In this document: positions 6,846 through 13,348 of the stretch, in pieces
How positions within the stretch are numbered: position 1 is the first letter of the stretch
How the letters are laid out: every line of letters starts with the position of its first letter
Source: a virus
Taxonomy: Duplodnaviria > Heunggongvirae > Uroviricota > Caudoviricetes
Reading direction: 5' to 3' (one strand)
Length of the DNA: 17,310 nt
Virus record (IMG/VR): IMGVR_UViG_3300046689_000419
Program-made: the position numbers and the translations under genes
Notes under the pieces: model-generated
The model's input: the letters and a program-made list of their open reading frames with translations, nothing else
Told to the model about the DNA's origin: nothing
Databases searched by the model: none

Positions 6846-7327
6846 TGGGCCGGCGGAAGACCAGAAGCGAACGGCTGATGCGCACCACGGACGTGATCCG
6901 GCTCGCGGAGCAGGGACACCGCGCGATGAGGGTGCTGGACCTGCTGATCATCGGGCAACACCCGGAGAAGAACCCATTGAAGCAGCTGGTGCTGTTCAAG
7001 CAGCACACCAGGGCGCTGATCGAGCTGCACTTCGCGATGAACGACTGCATGAAGGCGCAGCGCGAGATGATGCTGCTGGAGACCCCGAACAACCATCTGG
7101 CCTGGACCCAGGACGAGGATGAGTCGCTGGTGGAGTCCCGGGCCCGCGGCGAGGAGATTCACACCATCGCGATGACTCTGGGCAGGACGCCGGCCGCGGT
7201 GGCCACTCGGCTGAGCACCTTGATCGGCGTGCCGCGCTCGCAGATCGTGACCGCGTACATCGAGGGCACTGTGGACGAGGAGCCGGTTCGCGGGCTGTTC
7301 CACGGCAAGGCCAGGCATGTGTCATGA
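6845..7327 (+). CDS. Protein with a C-terminal Myb/SANT-like HTH, 160 aa
   Basis: WTQDEDESL...GEEIHTIAMTLGRTPAAVATRL (7103-7213) matches the WT.EED..L three-helix pattern. Confidence 0.75.
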   Translation: MGRRKTRSERLMRTTDVIRLAEQGHRAMRVLDLLIIGQHPEKNPLKQLVLFKQHTRALIELHFAMNDCMKAQREMMLLETPNNHLAWTQDEDESLVESRARGEEIHTIAMTLGRTPAAVATRLSTLIGVPRSQIVTAYIEGTVDEEPVRGLFHGKARHVS

Positions 7328-7644
7328 AGATCATCCCGATGGACCCCGAGGAGCGGGCCAGGGCGCGCAGGGCGGACCCGGAGACCTCGCACCAGGCTGC
7401 CGAGACGGTGGCGGTCCGGGAGAACCAGGTCTACGTCTACCAGGTGCTGTCCCAGCTGGGCCCGAGCACCGATGAGTGGCTGGTCTACTGCTACCCGCAG
7501 TACATGCGGGACCACCCACAGAGCCCCAGTGGGATCCGGACCAGGCGCAAGGAGCTGCGCGACAAGGGCATGGTGCAGTGGACCGGGCAGAAGGTACGAG
7601 GTAAGACAAACCGGTTGATGCGGGTCTGGGAAGTGATCCCCTGA
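7324..7644 (+). CDS. Winged-helix DNA-binding protein, 106 aa
   Basis: ARRADPETSHQAA N-terminal motif seen in phage wHTH proteins; SGIRTRRKELRDKGMV followed by a beta-wing ending RVW. Confidence 0.75.
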   Translation: MKIIPMDPEERARARRADPETSHQAAETVAVRENQVYVYQVLSQLGPSTDEWLVYCYPQYMRDHPQSPSGIRTRRKELRDKGMVQWTGQKVRGKTNRLMRVWEVIP

Positions 7645-7670
7645 CCACCACCGAGAAGGTCCCGGACGAG

Positions 7671-7859
7671 GTGATCCGGCAGGCTCTGCAGCAGGCCGCC
7701 TGGGACAAGCGCAAGGCGATCAAGGAGTACCGTGCGGCCATCGAGATGGCGCATGGTGCAGGTTGGCAGCACACTGAGATCGCGCGAGTGGTCGGGGTCA
7801 GCGAGGCTGCGGTCAGGCTGTACCTCAAGCGCACAGCTGCGGCCAGGAAACGACGATAG
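7671..7859 (+). CDS. Small HTH DNA-binding protein, 62 aa (72 aa if it starts at CTG 7641)
   Basis: GWQHTEIARVVGVSEAAVRLYL is an HTH; start codon uncertain. Confidence 0.75.
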   Translation: MIRQALQQAAWDKRKAIKEYRAAIEMAHGAGWQHTEIARVVGVSEAAVRLYLKRTAAARKRR

Positions 7860-7869
7860 GTGGTTACGG

Positions 7870-8634
7870 ATGGTCATCCACAAGCTGGCGCACCACTCGG
7901 GAAGGTACGACAACCACGCCATTGAGCAGGCGTTTGCGCAGGTCAGCGCCAAGTCGAGCGTGATCAGCCACACCGAGTTCGCGAACGATGCGCGGGCCAA
8001 GCGGCTGAAGGCCGCGGCGGGGAAAGCCGGCTGGGGATTCGCCCAGCAGAACACCAAGCCCTACGACGAGTGCTGTTTCACCTGGGACAACGCGGCGTGG
8101 GAGCTGGTGGACACCGCCTGGAAGACGCTCTCCACGATCCCCTGGTACTCCGGGTCCACCGGGAACAAGATGCCGGACTTCACCGCCTTCTCGGTGTTCC
8201 TGCGGCACAAGACCAGCAAGGAGCAGTGGATCTTCGTGACCACCCACACGCCCTCTCATGTCGCGGTGTGGACCGGGTTCCGGCCGCCCAGCAACCGGGT
8301 GAAGTGCTACCAGGACGGCGTGAAGACTCTGGGTCAGTGGGTCGGCGAACTGGACAAGAAGTGGCGGCAGAGTGGGATCGTGGTGGCCGCGGACTGGAAC
8401 GCCCCGTGTGAGCAGAAGTGGTTCCGGTCCTACCTGGAGAAGAACTTCGCTGCGGCCATGCATGTGATGGAGCCGAACACCAAGGCCCCGACCTACCCGG
8501 ACACCCATGACACCCGGTGCATCGACTGGGCCATCCTGGGTGGTGGCACGGCGCGCCGGGGAGTCAGCAGCGCGCTGAAGGTGGCGGACAGCGACCACAA
8601 GACCCTGCTCTACTCGGTGTCGAGGAAGACCTAG
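7870..8634 (+). CDS. Endonuclease/exonuclease/phosphatase (EEP) family protein 1, 254 aa
   Basis: EEP motifs in order: SHTEF (Glu), TTHTP (His), AADWN, CIDW, SDH. AGGTGG RBS before ATG 7870. Confidence 0.85.
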   Translation: MVIHKLAHHSGRYDNHAIEQAFAQVSAKSSVISHTEFANDARAKRLKAAAGKAGWGFAQQNTKPYDECCFTWDNAAWELVDTAWKTLSTIPWYSGSTGNKMPDFTAFSVFLRHKTSKEQWIFVTTHTPSHVAVWTGFRPPSNRVKCYQDGVKTLGQWVGELDKKWRQSGIVVAADWNAPCEQKWFRSYLEKNFAAAMHVMEPNTKAPTYPDTHDTRCIDWAILGGGTARRGVSSALKVADSDHKTLLYSVSRKT

Positions 8635-8642
8635 GAGGAGCA

Positions 8643-9590
8643 ATGGCCGGTCAGGCTCAGTTCACCCACATCCACTGTTCCTCGCGCTTCGACCGCTCTG
8701 CTGCCTCGCTGGAGGCGGACATGGACGACTGGATGGCGCATAGTTCCCTGATCACGGTGACCGAGGTCCGCCGGGACCAGAAGGCGGCCACCCTGCGCGA
8801 GGCGGGCTGGGCGCACTACAACTCCCCGCTGGGCAACAACGCCGACGACTGCGCGATCGCCTGGAAGACCAGCACCTGGCACCGCAAGGACGCCTTCGTC
8901 CGCAAGCTCTCCTCGGTGCGCTACGTCCGGGCCCTGGCGAACAAGCCCGGCCCGCCCACCTACGCCTGCAACGCGGTGCTCAAGCACGTGGTCACCGACC
9001 AGACCCTGCTGGTCAGCGTCACGCACATGCCGGCGCACCTGGAGGGCCACTGGGCGCATCCGGGCACCGATGCCTGGCGGGCCCGCAAGCAGGCCTACAC
9101 CGACGCGATGCACGGCTGGAGCAACCTGGTGCTGGCCCTGGAGCGCAGGTATCGCCCTGCTGGGGTGCTGGTGGTGGCGGACTGGAACCTGAACCTCAAG
9201 GAGCAGTGGGTCCGCGACTACATGGCCGGGCACTGGACCAAGGCCGGGCTGAGGCGGGCCTGGGTGCACTTCCCCACCGCGGGTGGCTCGCTGGGTGGGA
9301 ACCGGATCATCGACGGCTCCTACTACGGCGGGCTGAGCGTGACAGGAGGCCCGGACCTGATGCCCCGGGTGCGCTCGAGCGACCACCGCCCGTACTCCGA
9401 GTCCTTCAAGATGGTCGGCGGGCTGAAGCTCGGCTCGGTCACTGCGGCCGACCCGGCCACCGGGAACCTCGGCAAGGGTGTGGAGTGGTGGGGTTTCGGG
9501 GACTACGCCTTTGACGAGATGTTCGAGAAGGTGAGCGTCACCGAGGAGGGCACGGTAGTGACCTTCGACTTCGATACACCGCCCTACTGA
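8643..9590 (+). CDS. EEP family protein 2 with acidic C-terminal extension, 315 aa
   Basis: TVTEV, VTHMP, VADWN, IIDG, SSDHRP; AGGAGG RBS before ATG 8643. Confidence 0.85.
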   Translation: MAGQAQFTHIHCSSRFDRSAASLEADMDDWMAHSSLITVTEVRRDQKAATLREAGWAHYNSPLGNNADDCAIAWKTSTWHRKDAFVRKLSSVRYVRALANKPGPPTYACNAVLKHVVTDQTLLVSVTHMPAHLEGHWAHPGTDAWRARKQAYTDAMHGWSNLVLALERRYRPAGVLVVADWNLNLKEQWVRDYMAGHWTKAGLRRAWVHFPTAGGSLGGNRIIDGSYYGGLSVTGGPDLMPRVRSSDHRPYSESFKMVGGLKLGSVTAADPATGNLGKGVEWWGFGDYAFDEMFEKVSVTEEGTVVTFDFDTPPY

Positions 9591-9601
9591 GAGGCAGCAC
9601 C

Positions 9602-9694
9602 ATGAGTACCGAACTGTTCCACTGGCTGATCCTGATCGGGATCATCATCATCATCGTGCTGCTGCTGGTGCCCTACAGCCGGCGGCGGCCATGA
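9602..9694 (+). CDS. Single-TM micro-protein, 30 aa (MSTELFHWLILIGIIIIIVLLLVPYSRRRP)
   Basis: GAGG RBS 7 nt upstream, hydrophobic core, Arg tail, ATGA overlap. Below the ORF-track length cutoff. Confidence 0.75.
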   Translation: MSTELFHWLILIGIIIIIVLLLVPYSRRRP

Positions 9695-9768
9695 GTCTGT
9701 GGGCCATCCTGCTGATCATCCTGGTGGTCGTGGTGATCGCCTTCGTGTTCGGGCGAGGACGGCTATGA
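9691..9768 (+). CDS. Single-TM micro-protein, 25 aa (MSLWAILLIILVVVVIAFVFGRGRL)
   Basis: ATGA overlaps on both sides, hydrophobic core, basic tail. Confidence 0.75.
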   Translation: MSLWAILLIILVVVVIAFVFGRGRL

Positions 9769-9890
9769 GCCTGGCCAGTGAGTGGGAGCGGCTGGTAGAG
9801 GCGCTCAAGCGGCTCTGGATGGTGCTGGTGGAGAAGGGCTACGCCGGCTGGATCGTCTGGGCCGCCCGGCAGGCGGGCGCGCCGGTATGA
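9765..9890 (+). CDS. Amphipathic micro-protein, 41 aa (MSLASEWERLVEALKRLWMVLVEKGYAGWIVWAARQAGAPV)
   Basis: ATGA overlaps on both sides; high GC3. Confidence 0.7.
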   Translation: MSLASEWERLVEALKRLWMVLVEKGYAGWIVWAARQAGAPV

Positions 9891-10393
9891 CCGTGATCGG
9901 CATCGATCTGGGCACTCGGAAGGTAGCCGTCGCGGTGCTCACCGGTGATGGGCTGCAGCGGGCTACCGCCTATGCGCCGGCCGAGGGCCTGAGCCGGGGC
10001 TACCAGCTGCTCGAGCTGGGCCGGTACGTGCACGACCAGGCGCTGTTCCACGATGCCGACCAGGTGTGGATCGAGGACGTGATCGTCGGGAACAACCACA
10101 AGTACTCGCTCCAGCTGGCCCAGGTGCTGGGCGCGGTGCTGGCTGCGCTGGGGGTGAGCCCGGCGGGCCTGGATGTCCGGCTGGTGGGCAACAAGGCCTG
10201 GAAGAAGGAGATCGTCGGGAACGGTAACGCCAGCAAGGACATGATCAGGAACTACATCGTTGACACTCATCCTGACTATGCTCTGCTGTGTGCCGATGAC
10301 CAGGACAAGTACGACGCCACCTGCATCGGCCTCTATGGACTCGCCATCACCGACCGAGCCCGAGACCTCCGGCTGGCCGACGCACCCGAGTAG
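9887..10393 (+). CDS. ruvC: RuvC-like Holliday junction resolvase, 168 aa
   Basis: VIGIDLG, VWIED, WKKEIVGNGNASK and DKYDA carry the RuvC acidic catalytic residues; ATG 9887 sits in an ATGA overlap. Confidence 0.92.
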   Translation: MTVIGIDLGTRKVAVAVLTGDGLQRATAYAPAEGLSRGYQLLELGRYVHDQALFHDADQVWIEDVIVGNNHKYSLQLAQVLGAVLAALGVSPAGLDVRLVGNKAWKKEIVGNGNASKDMIRNYIVDTHPDYALLCADDQDKYDATCIGLYGLAITDRARDLRLADAPE

Positions 10394-10871
10394 CCACTCG
10401 CTGGACTCCTGGCTGGACCTAACCGGGCAGCGGATGCCGGACAGCGACGACCAGCGCTGGGTCTCCTACAACGTGAAGGACCTGTACCCGGACTGGCAGG
10501 CCCGCGCGCACTGCGCGGGAGTGGGCATCGGCTACTACTTCGGCGAGTCCATCCAGCAGGTCCGGCGGGCCTCCAAGCTCTGCGACGTGTGCCCGGTGTT
10601 CTACGAGTGCCTGACCCATGCCCTGGTCAACCGGGAGGCCTACGGGGTCTGGGCAGGCACATCTGGGCGGATGCGCCGCCGGATCTTCAAGATGGTGGAC
10701 ACTGGGCAGACCACGGTGGCCGAGGTGGTGGAGGTGTTCAGGAGTGGCGAAGGTAACCGATATCGGGTCCCCGGGCCCGAGCAAGGGGCTGGCGAACCAG
10801 CCCCCGTCCGCGAGCCGTACGCCGACCTTGCCCCGGAGCCGGTCCCCCGAGAGGTTCTGGGAACGGGCTAG
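10335..10871 (+). CDS. whiB: WhiB-family Fe-S transcription factor (start uncertain: 10335 or 10434)
   Basis: WQARAHC...LCDVCPVFYECL...GVWAG: four Cys plus the G-V-W-x-G turn. Confidence 0.92.
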   Translation: MDSPSPTEPETSGWPTHPSSHSLDSWLDLTGQRMPDSDDQRWVSYNVKDLYPDWQARAHCAGVGIGYYFGESIQQVRRASKLCDVCPVFYECLTHALVNREAYGVWAGTSGRMRRRIFKMVDTGQTTVAEVVEVFRSGEGNRYRVPGPEQGAGEPAPVREPYADLAPEPVPREVLGTG

Positions 10872-11256
10872 GGAGGCCTTCGACCTGCGCCTGGAGGGGC
10901 ACTCGCCGGCGGACATCGCGGAGATCCTCTCGATCAAGCCCGCGGAGGTCAGTCAGCTGCTCACCGAGCTGTACGGGTTCGAGGCCGGCTTCCTGACCGA
11001 CATCGAGCGGAAGACCGCGCTGGCCACCGAGGTGGCCCGCCTGGACAAGCTGCAGACCGCGGTCTGGCCCTCGGCGATGATGGGCGACCCGAAGAGCGTG
11101 GACTCCGCGGTGCGGATCATCATGGCCCGGGCCAAGATCACCGGCCTCGAGCAGGCCGACCCGGTGGTGAACAAGAACCTGGTGCTGGTGATGGGCGAGA
11201 AGGAAGAGGACTACATCAAGGCTCTGCGGAACGCCGGAGTGACAGAGCCGGGATGA
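10744..11256 (+). CDS. HTH protein, probable terminase small subunit, 170 aa
   Basis: AFDLRLEGHSPADIAEIL (HTH) then RLDKLQTAVWPSAMMGDPKSVDSAVRIIMARAKITGL, a pattern typical of actinophage terS-like proteins. GTG 10744 with GAGGT upstream. Confidence 0.65.
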   Translation: MAKVTDIGSPGPSKGLANQPPSASRTPTLPRSRSPERFWERAREAFDLRLEGHSPADIAEILSIKPAEVSQLLTELYGFEAGFLTDIERKTALATEVARLDKLQTAVWPSAMMGDPKSVDSAVRIIMARAKITGLEQADPVVNKNLVLVMGEKEEDYIKALRNAGVTEPG

Positions 11257-11263
11257 TGTAGAC

Positions 11264-11650
11264 ATGGCAGCCGCGTACGTGCCCATGGAGATCGACCAGG
11301 GCGAGGACTGGACCACCACGATCGTCTACACCGACGACTTCGATCAGCCGTACAACGTGATCGCGCCGTGCCGGATGGACATCAAGTCCAACCAGGGCGC
11401 GGTGCAGCTCTCGCTGTCCACCCCGGACGTGGAGCTCGAGGAGGGCTCCATCCCGGAGATCGGGATCAGCGAGGAGATCGGCCTGATCCAACTGCACATC
11501 GAGGACTCGGTGACCAGCAGCCTGATGCCTGGTACCTACCGGTACGACCTGTTCGTCACGGTGAACGACGGCAACGAGTACGCCGGCAACCAGATCCAGC
11601 GGCTGGTGGCTGGCACGGTGACCGTGAACCAGCGGGTGACGCTGCTATGA
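11264..11650 (+). CDS. Virion-associated beta-sandwich protein, 128 aa
   Basis: IDQGEDW...RMDIK...IQLHI...T..L.PGTYRYDLFV pattern typical of small Ig-like tail or baseplate adaptor proteins. Confidence 0.65.
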   Translation: MAAAYVPMEIDQGEDWTTTIVYTDDFDQPYNVIAPCRMDIKSNQGAVQLSLSTPDVELEEGSIPEIGISEEIGLIQLHIEDSVTSSLMPGTYRYDLFVTVNDGNEYAGNQIQRLVAGTVTVNQRVTLL

Positions 11651-11709
11651 GGAGCGCATTCGGGGTAGAGCACGGTCAAGCGGTGGTCTGGAAAGCCGCA
11701 GGCTCATCG
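11647..11709 (+). repeat. Copy 1 of the shared N-terminal leader (MRSAFGVEHGQAVVWKAAGSS)
   Basis: Aligns at DNA and protein level with 12363-12419. Confidence 0.85.
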
Positions 11710-12366
11710 CGCGATCGGGCCGACGCCGAGCGCTACCGGAAGGTCGGCAACACGATGACCGGGATCGCCGGCACCTCGGGCGCACTGGGCGCGGCTACTG
11801 GCGGGATCAGCCTGGCCGAGCACAAGGGCAAGGACCCGATGGGCTTCATCCACACGATGGCCGAGGCCAAGGGCAGGAAGATCTCTCCGGCGGGTCAGGC
11901 CAAGATCCTGCGCACGGTCTCCCGGGCGCACGCTGGCCAAGCGGTCGGAGCCACCGGGCTGGCCCTGGGCGCTGGTGGGCTGGCGGCTGCCTACAAGAAG
12001 AAGCAGAAGAAGGCCCTGGGCGCACCAGCTGCGCTGGCCAAGAAGGACACCGGATCCAAGCTCGGCACCACCGCGGTCGGCGGCGCGGCAGTGGGCGCAG
12101 GTGGCTTCAATGCCCAGTACCTGGCTCGGCACGGAGTGGGCTGGCATCAGCGCACCGGCCGGGCTGCACATCACCTGATCGCCTTGCACAACATGGGCGA
12201 GGTAGGGCTGTCCAGCAAGGAGCTGGCCGCAGCCAAGAAGACCCGGCGGATCGCCGGCCGGGTGATCGGCCTCAAGGGCGGTGGCGCGGTGGCCTCGGCG
12301 GGGGTCGCAGCAGCCGGCGGTAAGGCCATCTACGATGCGACGAAGCCAAGGAAGGCCCAGCCATGA
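11647..12366 (+). CDS. Gly/Ala/Lys-rich protein with MRSAFGVEHG leader, 239 aa; possible internal virion protein
   Basis: ATGA overlap at 11647; several Gly-zipper-like hydrophobic segments separated by basic stretches. Confidence 0.8.
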   Translation: MRSAFGVEHGQAVVWKAAGSSRDRADAERYRKVGNTMTGIAGTSGALGAATGGISLAEHKGKDPMGFIHTMAEAKGRKISPAGQAKILRTVSRAHAGQAVGATGLALGAGGLAAAYKKKQKKALGAPAALAKKDTGSKLGTTAVGGAAVGAGGFNAQYLARHGVGWHQRTGRAAHHLIALHNMGEVGLSSKELAAAKKTRRIAGRVIGLKGGGAVASAGVAAAGGKAIYDATKPRKAQP

Positions 12367-12419
12367 GAAGCGCGTTCGGGATCGACCACGGTGTGGTCTC
12401 CAAAGCCAGAGGCTCATCG
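12363..12419 (+). repeat. Copy 2 of the shared N-terminal leader (MRSAFGIDHGVVSKARGSS)
   Basis: Aligns with 11647-11709 with a 2-codon gap. Confidence 0.85.
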
Positions 12420-12647
12420 AAGTGGTCCAAGGACCAGAAGGTGACCGCTGGCAGTACCGGTGCTGGTGCTGCCATCGGCGGTGTGGCCGCCCACAAGCTC
12501 ACCCGAGGGTCCAAGGTGGGTGCTGCGGCTGGAGCCGGGCTGGGCGCGATGGCCGGCGGTTCGTTAGCCCCGGCGTCGAGGAAGAGCGCGAAGGCGTTCA
12601 AGCGTGAGTACAAGCGCAAGGGCTTCAACTGGGAGAAGAGGTCGTAG
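12363..12647 (+). CDS. Gly-zipper, basic protein with MRSAFGIDHG leader, 94 aa
   Basis: ATGA overlap; GAGAAIGGVAA...GAAAGAGLGAMAGG glycine zipper; Lys/Arg-rich tail. Confidence 0.8.
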   Translation: MRSAFGIDHGVVSKARGSSKWSKDQKVTAGSTGAGAAIGGVAAHKLTRGSKVGAAAGAGLGAMAGGSLAPASRKSAKAFKREYKRKGFNWEKRS

Positions 12648-12649
12648 GC

Positions 12650-13339
12650 ATGGCCAACGTGGTGAAGCTGGTCAACGGTGGCGCGATCCAGGTGCGCACC
12701 GGGGTGATCCAGGGCATCGGCCCGGTCGGTCCGCGCGGGGTCTCCGGACCCCAGGGCCAGCAGGGCGACCAGGGCCCGGTCGGCGAGACCGGCCCGATGG
12801 GCCAGATCCTGAGCGTGCAGGGGCGGACCGCGGTGACCACCACCAACGCCTTGGCCGCGAACACCGACACGCTGATCGCCTTCGGCGGGATCGACTACGA
12901 CCTGCAGACCAACTTCTTCCCGAGCTCGTCCAACATCTACCTGACCGACGCCGGCGACTACCTGCTCAGCGTCTACCTGGCCTTCGATGACGGTGCGGCC
13001 GGTGGCCGGAGCGTCTGGTTCCAGTCGGTGAGCGGCGGGCTGATCGCCCGGTCCACCCGGCAAAGCGTGGCCGGCTCGGTGTTCTACACCGACCTGTCCT
13101 TCCCCTGGCGGTCCAAGCTCGGCAACGAGACCATCAACGTGCTGGCCCGCTCCTCGGTGGCCCTGAACGTCTCGGCCGGCGCGCTCACGGTGACCAGGGT
13201 GGGCTCCGGTCCGAAGGGCGACATCGGCCTGGTCGGCCCGCAGGGACCTCCGGGAGCCACCGGGGCTCAGGGCCCGACCGGTCCGGCCGGCGCTCCGGGC
13301 GGCGCGTACGCCACCTACAACCAGCTGGTCGGGCACTAG
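12650..13339 (+). CDS. Collagen-like virion fibre protein with a central C1q/TNF-like domain, 229 aa
   Basis: 10 GXY triplets (12719-12808), a beta-rich globular region (IAFGGIDYD...AGDYLLSVYL), and 11 GXY triplets (13208-13306). Confidence 0.8.
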   Translation: MANVVKLVNGGAIQVRTGVIQGIGPVGPRGVSGPQGQQGDQGPVGETGPMGQILSVQGRTAVTTTNALAANTDTLIAFGGIDYDLQTNFFPSSSNIYLTDAGDYLLSVYLAFDDGAAGGRSVWFQSVSGGLIARSTRQSVAGSVFYTDLSFPWRSKLGNETINVLARSSVALNVSAGALTVTRVGSGPKGDIGLVGPQGPPGATGAQGPTGPAGAPGGAYATYNQLVGH

Positions 13340-13348
13340 CATTCAGCC

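Noticed and set aside
2379-7338. Similar N-termini MRIVP (dnaE), MRIEP (6423) and MKIIP (7324)
   Set aside because: Only 5 residues with 2-3 invariant; A-rich codons after the start are generally favoured, so there is no case for a real motif.
2242-7652. 14 bp direct repeat CCCTGACCACCACC near 2242 and 7639
   Set aside because: Low complexity (Leu-Thr-Thr-Thr codons), GC-rich, only two copies and no shared flanks.
10260-10283. TTGACA and TATGCT hexamers inside ruvC as a WhiB promoter
   Set aside because: The spacer is only 11 bp, incompatible with sigma70 geometry.
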